Assembly: GCF_009914755.1 (NCBI RefSeq)
Contig: NC_060927.1
DNA from: the human T2T-CHM13v2.0 reference genome, Homo sapiens
Direction: 5' to 3' (one strand)
Length of the DNA stretch: 64,000 nucleotides
The translations under genes and the position numbers were made by a program. Numbering within the stretch: the stretch's first letter is position 1; each line of letters opens with the position of its first letter. Of this stretch, positions 1-12,777 are shown in pieces. The notes beneath the pieces are model-generated. The model had not been told where the DNA came from, did not search any database, and was given only the letters and a program-made list of their open reading frames with translations.

Positions 1-319
1 GAATATCAACTTTATACGTACCTAAATGACTGCTGTGTGCACAGCAGCCAAGCCCAATAAATGTTAAATCACAAAACTCACACTATAAGCTGAAAGTGCC
101 TTTAGGTGTGTGAATTCCAGTTTCATGTTGCAAAGCTACCTAATATTCTAAGGTTGTCGGGGGAGATATGGAAATTGAGTCTATAGTAGAGAGAAAAGTT
201 CTACACCAACTCCAGACCTTATCAGTGGTCAATATACCAACCCAACAAAAGCAGGTTGCATTCTACCACGGCTATTCATTACAAATAATTTTACTTATAT
301 TCAGTGCCAATGCCCAGCC

Positions 320-535
320 TTCTCTAGTCCCTGTTCCAGCTTTACTTTTCTTCATTGCACTAATCGCCACTTAACATGTGCATATTTTACTTATTTTTTT
401 GTGGGCCCTCATTCCCCTCAACCAAAATGCAAACTAAGAAGACAGAGATTTTTATCAGTTTTATTCATTACTGTATCCCAAGAAGCTAGGATACAGGGGA
501 TTCTCTCTGAGATTATTTGCTGGCAAATGAATGAG
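320..535 (+). mobile_element. L2 3' end
   Basis: ttcattactgtatcccaagaagctag...aatgaatga tail. Confidence 0.7.
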
Positions 536-594
536 ATTCTTGGCATTTGCTAGGCACTGTTCCTTTCGCTTTCCATGAATTAGAAGAAGGCAAC

Positions 595-850
595 ATAAAT
601 GAATAGCCAAAAGCTTGGGCCTCAGAGTGAGATAACCTAAGTCCCAAACCTTATGAAGTGTTTATCTTGGGCAAGTCTCTTAAACTCTCTGTGTCCCAAG
701 TGGCTACCTCTAAAAGGGAGATGATAAAAAGGACACTACATAAAAGGGCTACTATGAAATGTAATGAGATTATAAATATACTGTAAGATGCTTTGCATAG
801 TTCCTGGCCACACAGTAACTAAACAACAAATGTTAGCCATTATTTTTATT
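595..850 (+). mobile_element. MIR
   Basis: cttgggcaagtctcttaaactctctgtg core; aaatgttagccattatt tail. Confidence 0.8.
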
Positions 851-1334
851 TTCTTTCTATTATTTTTATAATTATTAACTATTAAAATAAAGGTAGGAAC
901 TATTATCATTCTCTTTCTACAATTGACGGTACAGAGAATGCTTCTGCTTGAAGTTGCAAAATGTTACAACTGGTTAAAAAAACATTAGAGAAAGAGAGCA
1001 GGAGAGAAGGAAGAGTAAGAAGCGTTACAGGAAGAATCAAGAGATACTAGCCTAGAAATAAAAAGACTCATCCTGGAGAACTTGGTTAAGGTGGGTTCTG
1101 TGAGCATGTGGGAGCCTGGTAGGTCCAGAATAGACACTTCTTATAGCAGATCTAGAACTGGCAACGAACTGTAGTAAGCCAAAGAGTGAGGTAGGACCTA
1201 ACAGATTGGACTAGGAATCCAACCAGATGACCTAGATTTCTGATTATCTGGCTCCACTTCCTTTACCGTCACAGAGAGTAAGGTCTCCAGTTCCTCCCCT
1301 GTACTAGAATGCTCCCAGACAACCTAGGTGATTA

Positions 1335-1500
1335 GTGAGAGTTTAAGTTCTCTACTCTGAAGGACTTGGGTTCAGACACAACTCAATCACTTATAAGCTT
1401 AGTGACCTTGGACTGACCCTTAATTTCTTCATTTGCAAAATGAGGAAACTAACTGCATCTTATCCCATAGGGTTGCCATGAAGATAAAATGAGATGGCTC
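1335..1500 (+). mobile_element. MIR
   Basis: gtgaccttgg...tttcttcatttgcaaaatgagg. Confidence 0.75.
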
Positions 1501-3349
1501 CCAACAAGTACTGGATGCTGTCTGGGGGGTAAAGGAAGCTTTCAATAATCACATAAACAGAAGTAGCATTCAACCTGGCTGAGCAAATGCTTTAGATAAA
1601 ATCGAAGTTCTTTCTCTTCCCTGCCCTGACTCCCCAGAAGAGAATAATATATGGTATAAGCAAATCCAAAAATACCCGCTAAAGGAAGTTAACAATCAGC
1701 AACTATCATTCTTAATGTCTTGGGCAAATCAGCATACTTTTCAAATACAAAAAACACAAACAAACAAACAAACAAATAACACCTCAAATAATTAAGTACT
1801 TTATGAAAATAAGTCAAAGTTTCTTTAGAAACTTTGTCTTAAGAATCAGACAAAGGCCAGCCCACCACCTATGTCATGGAGGGGTCATAAGGAAAGAGAA
1901 TGAAGAAAGAGAAAAAGAAAAAGGGGTGAAATTCTAATATTTAACATCTCCAGGCACATGCCCCAGCCTCTCACGCAGCCCTACCTACCACAACCAACCA
2001 CCACATTTGATGCTTGAAATCTACCTAAATCAAATCGATATTTGCCTTAGCACTTTCCAAATATCTAGGCTTCCCCTAGAAATACTTACAAGGGAGATGA
2101 TATTCAGTTTAGACTCAAAGGCCAGTTGTTTCAAATGTCAAGTGAAATAATATCTCCTCCTCCTTCATCGTGCTCATAAACTTATACAACAAAGACATCC
2201 TGACCCTCAGAGGTCAGAGAACTCAAGCAAGAGAACGAGAATGCAAGATATCTCCAAGGTTATTTTGGAACTAGGCATGGCTTGAAGACACATCTAATGG
2301 TGAAGGGCTTTTAATTGAGGTGCTGCACACCACCTGGTTGGGGTTGGGGTCTCTGGGTGGGTGGATCAGGCAGTGGGGGACAGTGAAAACTGGTGAAATT
2401 ATCTTGGAATGTGCTTTTATCCATAGAGCTTGGATATACCCTTCCTTAGCTGATCAGAGAGGGCCCGGGAACCAAAAGACATTAAGATCTTAGAATGCAT
2501 TTTCTACTCTCTCATTTTATAGATAGCACAACTGAGTCCCAGATAAAATAAAAGTGTTTTTCCCAATATCATACATCTGCTGATGGTCCTGACTTAGCCA
2601 CTAGGCAAGTCCCCCAGACTCCAGCCTGCGGTTGCTTCCATCTATCAAGGCCTCTTTTCAAGCTACTTGGAAGGCTCTCCTAGCAAAGATGACTACAATT
2701 TATGCTCCCTTCACAACATTTTGATTGATTTTTGGTGGAAAAGTAGGCATCCCTGAAGCATTTCTTTAAAATAAATCCAGCCTGACAAACCAGCACTGAT
2801 GTACAACCCTAGTAGAAGAATCCACCATTGGCCACAATAATAGCAAAAAGGGTAATGAGAAATAAACGTATTTAAGTTTACAAGCCTCGAAGAGGTTATC
2901 ACACACAATGACAGGAATCTTTGTGTCAAGACTGAACAAGTAACCCTGATTTAACTTTACATTTTGATAGAGTCAGCCGCGTTGCAGTCATTGTTTCGTC
3001 TAACAATTAAAAGCGGAATTTGAAACTATTCCTGTCCATAGTTCCCCTTAAAAAATCTAAAGCAAAGAGATTCTCTCATGCCAGGATTGAATGAATTTAT
3101 AATTATCTATCTGTAGCTCCAGGACAAAAGACTTAAACACAAAAAAGCCAAATAAACCAAGGACAAATTTCTGATAGTTCTAGTTACCCTGCCTATTAAA
3201 TGATAGACACATTAAAAGAAAGAGAGTGATATTTGGAATATTCAGAAGTTGGTGGTCCATTTCTCATGCTTTGTTTTAGTATCACTCTTTCTTAGACGAA
3301 AGACAGTCATGAAGTTGTTTGTGAAGACTCTCATCAGACAAGAGTACAG

Positions 3350-3600
3350 TGTTAATAAATGCATTTAGCAAGCATTTACTATGTGCCAAACACTATGCTA
3401 TGTATGGGCTGTCATGTACAATCTCAGTTCATCCTCATAATAAACCTGTGGGTAAGTATTATTGCTAATTTCAGTTTAAAGAAATTAGCAATAATACTTG
3501 AGGAAACTGAGGCCTAAAACAGGCAAAGTAACTTACTCCAGTTGCATGGCTAATAACTTGCAATTTGGACTCAAATTCCAAAGCCTGTATGTTTTTACTC
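3350..3600 (-). mobile_element. MIR
   Basis: gcatttactatgtgcca...gaggaaactgaggc. Confidence 0.8.
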
Positions 3601-3976
3601 GCTAAAGTTTGTGGTCTTGGCCAGCAAATTTCAAGAAGGCCTGTCATAAAGCTGTGCTGAGAGGGCCACCTTACATGCCAATTACAACCTTATTTAAAAT
3701 TTAAAGTACGTTATTTCTTCCTGAAATGGAAAATAAACCATGAGATATCTACAATATTACTATGCTTTAGAGTCCCAAAATCACTCATGTATAATTAGTT
3801 ATACCCATGATGTAAATATTTTAAATATTATTAAATGCCTTACTATAAATATTAGAGGCTGGAATAGTTAAACAGCTAATTAACTAGCTAGTGGCCATCT
3901 CTTTACCTCTCAGCATTTCTACTCTGTTATCTGAAACAACCCATACAAGTATCTAAGTAGAAGTTTAGAAACAACG

Positions 3977-4115
3977 GGGCTTTGGGGAGCTGCTGAGGAG
4001 GGACACTTTGCAACCTCCAAAATTACTGCAAAACTATGTGCATATGCCTATCCAATAGTTTTTCAGTAATTTTGGAGGTTTCAAAGTGTCCCTCCTGCCC
4101 AGCTCCCCAAAGCCC
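3977..4115. repeat. Long inverted repeat, 61-bp arms (56/61 complementary), 17-nt loop
   Basis: Arms 3977-4037 and 4055-4115 checked base by base. Confidence 0.97.
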
Positions 4116-6039
4116 ATACAGAAACCTATTTGAGAAGCTTTCGATCTAAGAAATGGGATCTGGGACCTTAAAAATAGGCTAAAACTCAATGGTCTGGATA
4201 TTTGTGAGACTATATTCCAACCAGTACACCAGGTTACTGCTTCCCAGACTCTGTTCTTCAAAAGACAATGTGTCAAGTTTCCAAATTATGGGGGGCAAGG
4301 GTAGTGAAAAGTGAGTGTGAACCTAACAGACAACTAACTGAATACTTCCCTCTGCATCTGGAGGCTTAGGAATTCAGCAGACAGACATAAGCAAACCATT
4401 CTGTGAAATTGTTAGGGTGCTATTCTTTCTGACATTGTGTTGGTTTCCTATTGAACATCTGAAGACTGTTTTAACATGTGTGCCTAAAAATGTCACACTG
4501 AGGCTGAGAGAGCACAGAGCCAGGGGCCACCCAGACTTTCAAATCAGCTCTCAGAAGCAGCCAGGGAAATTCCAACCTTGGTCTTGTGGTCCTCAAGAAC
4601 TACAGAAGCATGGCAGAATTTTAGATTCACAGGTTGTTTGTACAGTTAGTGCATTTATACCTAACTCCTCAAAGTCAGAGATATTTTTTATAACTCAGCA
4701 TTGCCCTCATTGCTTTCTTATCACATATTTTGCATGTGTTTCCATCTCCAAGATTCAGGGAAAACAAGATACTTAGTTGGGAATGTCTAGAGTGGAGACC
4801 TTATAAAAATTACTTGACAGACTTGGGAGAGGAAAGCATTTTGCAAAACACCAGCTATGAGAATAAACAATTTTAGAGAATCCCTTGGGGACATTTTTTT
4901 TCCTATGGATACCAAAATCTTTTTTAAATAGAAACATCTCAGGCAGGGGTAAGAAATTATTGGTTAAGCCCATTTAGAACGTGTACGCTGTCATGGAACA
5001 TTCCTATCAATGGGGCACATTGAAACTCTACACTAAGATATGGTGGGGCTGTGGTGCTTTACTGGATAAATAAGAAGGGGTTTGGTCGCTATACTCCCAC
5101 CCTGCCCATAAATGAGTAAGCCCGTGTGACAAGAGTACATGTTTTCGAAAAGAAAGAAACTGTGAAACTGAGCGTCACCATCCTGCCACATAAAAAGCAA
5201 CAGAAATGAGAATTAAATTCAGCACTTTCTTAATGGGAGACTGAGGAAATCTGGGAGATGAAACAGTAGCTCTTCTCCAGTCCTTCCCAGCATAATAAGG
5301 TCAGCTGACAACACTGTTCGACAGAGAAGACTTAATGTGTCTGACAGATGGCAAATACACCATATTGACTTTTCTTCCTAATTTAACAAATTTGAATCTT
5401 TTGTCAATTTTCTTTCCCCAGTGAAAAGATATTCTAAAACACCACTTAAGCTTACATTGCTCTTTTCCCCCTCTCCCTCTTACACATTAACTTTGACACT
5501 ATCTAAAGAAACTGAAGCTAACTCACTAAATTAACTCACCTTTCCAGCTCTTCATGATCATCACAAATTTGGGCATTGGCATGAATGTTAATTCCTCATC
5601 TCTGCCAACTGTAAGGCAGATACTCACTTCAGGCCAGAGGAAGGTGGCTGAATGGACAACAAGGATTCCTTGAACTCTTAAAAATAACACACAAAAGTGT
5701 GCATCTATATTCTTCATACTTCAAAACTATGTATCTATGTTCTTCAAGAGTCCCCAGTTTTGCCCAGTTCCTGAAGGTATAATGCCTCTGGCTTTAGCTA
5801 TAAGTTGTTATAATTAGCCCTCATTCTACAGTTTCTAACCGGACTTTGGAATTTTATGGGGTTTGTCTATATAAGATGGATGGGATGATAGCAGAGAAGA
5901 GCTTCAAACTAGTGGAGCTCCTGGATCACAAAGCTGTGTAAGTCATCCCAAGTGTGACTCAAGTTCAGCCTGGAGAAGCCATGGCCAGGCCAAGGATAGC
6001 TTGTCCCACAAGGAGGCAAGGGGCCGTTTCCCACCACTG

Positions 6040-6238
6040 CCCCATCCCTTCCACCATGTGAGGACACAGGGAGAAGATAGCATCTATGAACCAGAAAGTG
6101 GGCATTCACCAGACAACAAAGCTGCCAGTGTCTTGATCTTGAACTTCCCAGCCTCAAGAATGTGAGAAAAAAATGTTGGTCGTTTATAAGCCACCCAGTT
6201 TGTGGTATTACCTTAGAGCATCCCAAATGAACTAAACC
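6040..6238 (+). mobile_element. MaLR LTR 3' part (MLT1A/MST-like)
   Basis: ccatgtgaggacacag...cttgatcttgaacttcccagcctc...tttataagccacccagt. Confidence 0.85.
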
Positions 6239-7869
6239 ACTGTTTTCATAATTTACAATGTGTCCTAAAATTAATTATAATCCTAACTATGAACATGAAA
6301 TTCTGCCAATGTGAAAATAACATTAGTTTCTCTTGACAACCTTTGTAGTTATGTTACCCAAAAGTATCTATAGACAAAGCATCTGAAGATTTTAGTGCTT
6401 ATTCACTATTATAAACAACAACCACAAAAAACCCACCACCAACAAAAAAAACACTGGGTCCATGGAGAAATAAGTTTGAAAAATATTTCATTATGCAAAG
6501 TAAAATGGATTTATTACAAAAACCTTCTTAGAGCATCTCATGGAAATGGAGTTTAGAAGAATACTATGCTTTAGATTATTCCTGAATCCAGACACATTTT
6601 TTTAAAATTTTAACTCAAAGGATTAAAATTTCCACACTTGGAATGCCCCTGTATGAGGAAGAACTGAACGCTGTCCTGTCTTGTCTAAGTTTCAGAGTAA
6701 TCCCTATGTTTCTAGCTGATTAGCTGGTTTCATAAGGCAAAGGGCCTTCTGAAAATGGGCCATTGCTTCTGTGACAAATTCAATATCCAAATTCTATTGC
6801 TGCCCTTGAACTGTGCTCTCTGATTTCCTGCTGCAAAAATGTAGGCCATCAGTGGGGACGTGAAAAATTTGTTCATTACACACAGATTCCCACAGTGGCA
6901 GTGCCTGGCCACATTACCGAACCTATAGATAACATCACAGCACCTGACATCCAGCCCACATTTCCTCAGCCTCAGAGTAAAGAACATACCACGGTGCCCG
7001 CACATTAACGCAGAGAGATGCCCTTGATAATTAACAGTTCTTATGGAGTCTCTCGAATGCTAAATGGTCAAATAGAGAAGTTAAACACACATAAAACATT
7101 TAATGTGAAATGAGGCAAATATGCCAAATTAACCTGAAATGCACACAAAAGCCTTTCAGCTCTGGAATCGATATTAATCATTTTCTGGAATTCAAGAAAA
7201 AGTCTGATGTGGTTAATTTAAAATTATATTTTATGATAGAGAACAAAAATATCCCACAGGATTCAAGGTATCAGTTTACACTACTGCCACTCCTTTTTGC
7301 TACCAGGGTCAGCAAAAAGAAAAAAAAAAAATTATTGATCTGGTATTAAAAATCAGTTGACTTCACTTCTTTCTGAACAGGTATTCTTTGACCACTAAGC
7401 ACTGGCTAGTCTTACCTCTCTCTCTAGTGACAACATGAAGAGATAAATAGACTATTCAAACAGAGCTCTTCGCGTTACATTAGCTGAATAAATAGTGATG
7501 TATGGTCTCTTTTCTCAAGCACTGCCTTAGCTTGTGAAGATGAGAGTGAGGAAGATGGGGCTTATGAATCCTATTTGAATATTTAAATAAACACAAAATA
7601 ACATCCCTGAAGATGGTTGTTTAAGTGGAAAAAGAAGGTATGAAAATCTGTCTTTTAATTGTAGCTTTTGGGGCAACAAAAAATCCCCCAAGAAACTTTT
7701 GAGATTCCAGTGTCAAGTGAAATCACAGAAGAAAAAAAAAATTAATTTGTGGTTTTATAAGCAGTATCCAGAGGAAATGGGATGCCAGTCCCACAGGGTT
7801 TTCAAAGGCTGCAAAGCTAGCACAAACCAATTCACCTAAAGTGAAGTATATTATCAATAACTAACTGTG

Positions 7870-7904
7870 ATCACTTTTTGGCCTTCCAGCTAAGATCAAG
7901 TGTA
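7870..7904 (+). pseudogene. 3'-truncated U2 snRNA retropseudogene (U2 nt 1-35)
   Basis: atcactttttggccttccagctaagatcaagtgta matches U2 ATCGCTTCTCGGCCTTTTGGCTAAGATCAAGTGTA at 29/35; flanking direct repeat aataactaact (7856-7866 / 7904-7914). Confidence 0.85.
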
Positions 7905-8249
7905 ATAACTAACTTTACTTTGGGAATATTTCACAATGAATTTTTGCCCTCTTTAATCTGCTTTAAGATTTCTGTGCTCAATTTCCGGTATATGCCGTAC
8001 TTGCAGAAAGGGATGAAGTTCTGAGCTAGGTTAAGTGCTTGTGGCTAACTACAAATGTGTTAACACAATGTAATTAGGTCATCAAACAGCATCATGTTTA
8101 TTAGGTACCAATAGATAAAAAAAGGGAGCAGGCCTAGACCAGCACATCAGCCCCAGTCCCTACTGTCTTGGAACTGGGATTCTGAGACATCTCCGTGGCT
8201 TCTACACATTACTGGCATAATTACTAAATCCAAAGTTTTCTATTTGTAA

Positions 8250-8597
<348 letters not shown>

Positions 8598-8684
8598 GGT
8601 CAGGACTCTTCTGGAACAAAAAGAAGGGGTATATTTATTGGTTCACATAAACACATCCTCAGGAATGTTAAGGCAGAACCAGTA

Positions 8685-9013
8685 CAGTCCTACCTTCCTA
8701 TTGGCAGTTTTACTTTCTATGGTTTCAAGTTGCCTACAATCAACTATGGCCTGAAAATAAGTGACTAGAGTACAATATTCTGAGAGCAAGAAAAAGACCA
8801 CAATTATTAACTTTGTACTACAATATATTGGTATAGTTGTACTATTTTATTAGTAGTAATTGATCTCTTACTGTGTCTAATTTATAAATTAAACTTCATC
8901 GTAACTATGTACATATAGGAAAAAACAGTACAAACAGAATTTGGTACCATCTGCAGTTTTAGGCATCCGCTGGGGTCTTAGAATGTATTCCCTTTAGATA
9001 AGGCGGACTAATG
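8685..9013. mobile_element. MER2-like (TcMar-Tigger) MITE
   Basis: TA-flanked; contains the MER2 core tttataaattaaacttcatc...ggcatccgctggggtctt. Confidence 0.85.
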
Positions 9014-9574
9014 TATAGTCCTTTCCCTCTCCAGTGTTGGCTTCATTCTCTCAGAATAAAGATGACAACCTGGCTGTGGAAGGTGGCCTCAGGAAGCTCC
9101 CAACCTAGTAATCAGAGAAGAATGAGAGGATTGCCCCATTAGTACCAGAAAATCCCTATATTAGCAAAGACAAGGACCTGATTTGGTCAAGTCTCCATTC
9201 CTGTATTACCCCTGTGGCCAAAGGGGATTGAGTAACTATAATTAATCCAGTCATGAGGGAGGAAGAGTTGCTGCATAGACCAAAAACAAGAGCCTCTACG
9301 TACTGAAGTGATAGGGCAAAGAACATATATTTACGAATTATAACCAAGTCTAAATTGTATTAGAATTCCTAGAAGATCAATGTTACTTAACTTTCCTGTG
9401 AATAATACTCTTGCCTCTTACTAAGTAGCACACTATCCCTAATATTCCAAGGTGAAACTCAGTCACTGAGAATTGGGCATGCTGCACCAGACTGTTTTCC
9501 CAGTAGTAGCAGGAGATATGCTGAACCTCATATTCTTTCTCTTTACTGCTTTATTATCATTAATGCCTTAGACT

Positions 9575-10035
9575 GAATTTCTCCAGAACTGATCATGAGA
9601 CAGGAATCTGAGTACAAATGGATTATTTGAGAGATGGGCCCAGGAAGCACCATTAGGGGAGAAGTGGAAGTAAGACAGGGGAAAAAAGAAATCTACTACA
9701 AGAAACATTTATAAGAATGTTAGTGCTTCAAGCAATTGGGGCTCAAATCCACTGGGGGGGGGCTCTGGAAGACAGCGTGGAACATGCTACCCTCTGAGTT
9801 TTCGCACTTACGACATAGGAAGCTGGGGAATTTATCCTCAAATTCCCACTGGTATTGGCTAAACATTGTTCCTAAAGTCAATAATTCCTGACACTTTAGG
9901 CCTACACTCTACACCAGCAAGAGAAAGCCCCAGAGTGCAGAGTAAAAGGCATGTGAAATAGAATAACCTTAGCACATATGAGAAGGGTGAGTCCCAGAGA
10001 ATGGAACCAAGGCACACAGCCTTGGCTAATACCAG
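9575..10035 (-). mobile_element. LTR33-like ERVL LTR
   Basis: cccaggaagcacc...ggaagtaagacaggg...ggggctcaaatccactgggg pattern. Confidence 0.65.
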
Positions 10036-11857
10036 TAACACACACTTATGAAAATGTGCCTTCATTTATTCAAATACTTACCAAGCTCCTATTAAGTTTG
10101 AGTTTTCTTCTAGATGATGGGCATACACTGAGGGACAAAACAAAGATTATTGTCTTATTTAATACCCAGCACAACTGGGCGGGGCAGGGGCAGATTCCAG
10201 GGGCTACATGTCATAATCCTCTTCACAACAGCAACTTCAAATGTGGTCCCTAATCTTAAGAGTAGCAGCAGGGTCAGCAGTATTGGGCTTCACCATTACT
10301 AAGCCAGGTGTGTTGAGGTCTATGATCCAGTAATGAACCTGAATCAGAAATGGAATCTCAGATAGGTATTGGAAAAGTGGGAGAGTTCCCATCGTAGGAC
10401 AGTGAGTTACATTTTGTTTAGGAAACTCTTCAGGGACATCTTCTCTGTGGTGGCTTGTGTCCAGAGGCACTGCAGAGTTGCCTGCTCTAACTCTTGACAG
10501 TTGAGTGGGGCATGCAGCTTCTGGACATGGAAAGGACTAAAGTTAATTTGCCCATCTGGGGATTGAACTGGCATCAGTGACTTCAAATGTGTCCTGCAGA
10601 GCCCAAATGATCTCCATTACAAACACAGAATGCTCCGCCTTCCAAATGCCACAGAATTCCATTTTATCTGCACTGGCAGGGTAAGGCAGAGTATTTGCCA
10701 AAACTCCAGACATAGGGGGTTATTTGTAAAACCTTAGAGTATTATCAGGTGTTGCTTTCAATAAACCATTACACTTGTATAGAAAGTAACAAACTACGTG
10801 GTCTAAGGACCAGTTATCCCTATTCCAAAAAATAAAGTGTAAGTAAGTAAAGCAATTTTACATTGAATCTTGAACATCTATGTACATAATTTAGAATTTG
10901 CTAAAAGGTAATTTTATCTGTGCTGATTATCTTTACCATTTGGCATTTCCCATCTCAGGGCAATGAGTACAACTTCACAAGTCCAGCTCCGCTTAGCTGT
11001 GAGTACTCAATTTCACTAAAGACTTAAACAGAAAATTAAAAATCTGTGAGAATTGGGATGAGTCCTGTCTGTCTTAAAGCAGGGTGAGCAAATATATGTG
11101 GCACATGCCCTTAAGAGACATTATTAATTGATCACCTCTCACTTTCACACTGAGCCTAGGCTGAACCTTAGAATCCGTCACAGCGCAGGTGTCCACTCAG
11201 TCATGACTGGCCTTCCAGAACTGGGTACTGGAAATGAAACCTACTTGACACTTAGGATACATTTATAGAGCCTGGTCCCCTCAGTACTATACTCCCCTCT
11301 CACAAACAGAGAGAGAGAAAAAAAAGAGGAAGAGGAGAGCAGAGAAAGGATGGGGGAAGGAATGAGAGGAAGAAAAAAAACTCTGAACCAAGTATCACTT
11401 CCTTTGCGGTCTGCACATGTCAAGGAATACTCCATTTTAAGCATATTATAACGGCAAAAAGAAAAAAGCACTATCAATAGCGGTTCACACTTTATGGCTG
11501 CCCACCCTGAAACTGTAGCAGCTAACTTTCTTGGGAAAACTCAGACAGACTCATTCTTTCCAAAAACAAGGAAAGAAGAAAAAGAATTTCCCACATCCTT
11601 AAGATAACTGAGAAGCTCTCAGTAGGAGTAAACTGTCCAAATAAAATTCAACGGCACCCCCTTTGGAAGGATAGTTAAGAAACACCACATGTACAAAGAA
11701 GGATTAAGATTCCAAATACTGTCTTTTCTCCAACTCGATTTTTCCTTCTTGTGCCCTTACTTCTCAAACAGTTATTCCCTTTGCTATATCACCCAGAAGT
11801 CTGTGATTGGATCTCCCTTGGACTCCAAAGGGCTCTGGGTATGAGAAAGTAGTCCAA

Positions 11858-12777
11858 AATATATATATATTTATATTTATACATTTATATAAATATATTT
11901 ATATTTATACATTTATATATATATATTTATATAAATATATAAATATATATATATAAATATATAAATAATTTATATATTTATATAAATATATTTATATATA
12001 TATAAATATATTTATATAAATATATAAATATATAAATATATTTATATAAATATATTTATATATAAATATAAATATATAAATATAAATGTATAAATATAAA
12101 TATATAAATATAAATATATTTATATAAATATATAAATATAAATATATTTATATAAATATATACATATATAAATATATTTATATAAATATATAAATATATA
12201 ATATAAATATATTTATATAAATATATAAATATATAATATAAATATATTTATATTATATATTTATATAAATATATTTATATAAATATATAAATATAAATAT
12301 ATTTATATAAATATATAAATATAAATATATTTATATAAATATATAATATAAATATATTTTGTATTATATATTAAAATATATACGTATATATGTGTATATA
12401 TGTATAGGATTTACTATAGAAAAATATTTCATATTTTTATATATTTATATATTTTATATTATATATTAAAAATATATGTACGTATGTATAGGATTTATAT
12501 ACATATATGTATATATGTATAGGATTTACTATAGAAAAATATTTTATATTTTATATATATTAAAAAATAAAAAAATAAAAATATAAAATATATAAAATAT
12601 ATAAAAATATAAAATATATCTATATATATCTATATTATATATAGATATGAAGATATAAAAATCTATATATTTTATATAGATATAAAATATATAATTATAT
12701 AAATAATATAGACATAAAAATATATATTTATATATTTTTTCTATAGGAAATCCTATATATATTTATTTATTTATTTA
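11858..12777. repeat. AT-rich low-complexity / (TA)n-derived minisatellite block
   Basis: About 920 bp almost entirely A/T, with units such as tataaatata and tatatttata. Confidence 0.97.

Noticed and set aside
10500-10610. Reverse tRNA B-box-like ggggattgaac as a tRNA gene
   Set aside because: No cloverleaf can be built; at most an ancient SINE remnant
11858-12777. CRISPR-like or coding repeat array
   Set aside because: Eukaryotic low-complexity AT repeat with no unique spacers
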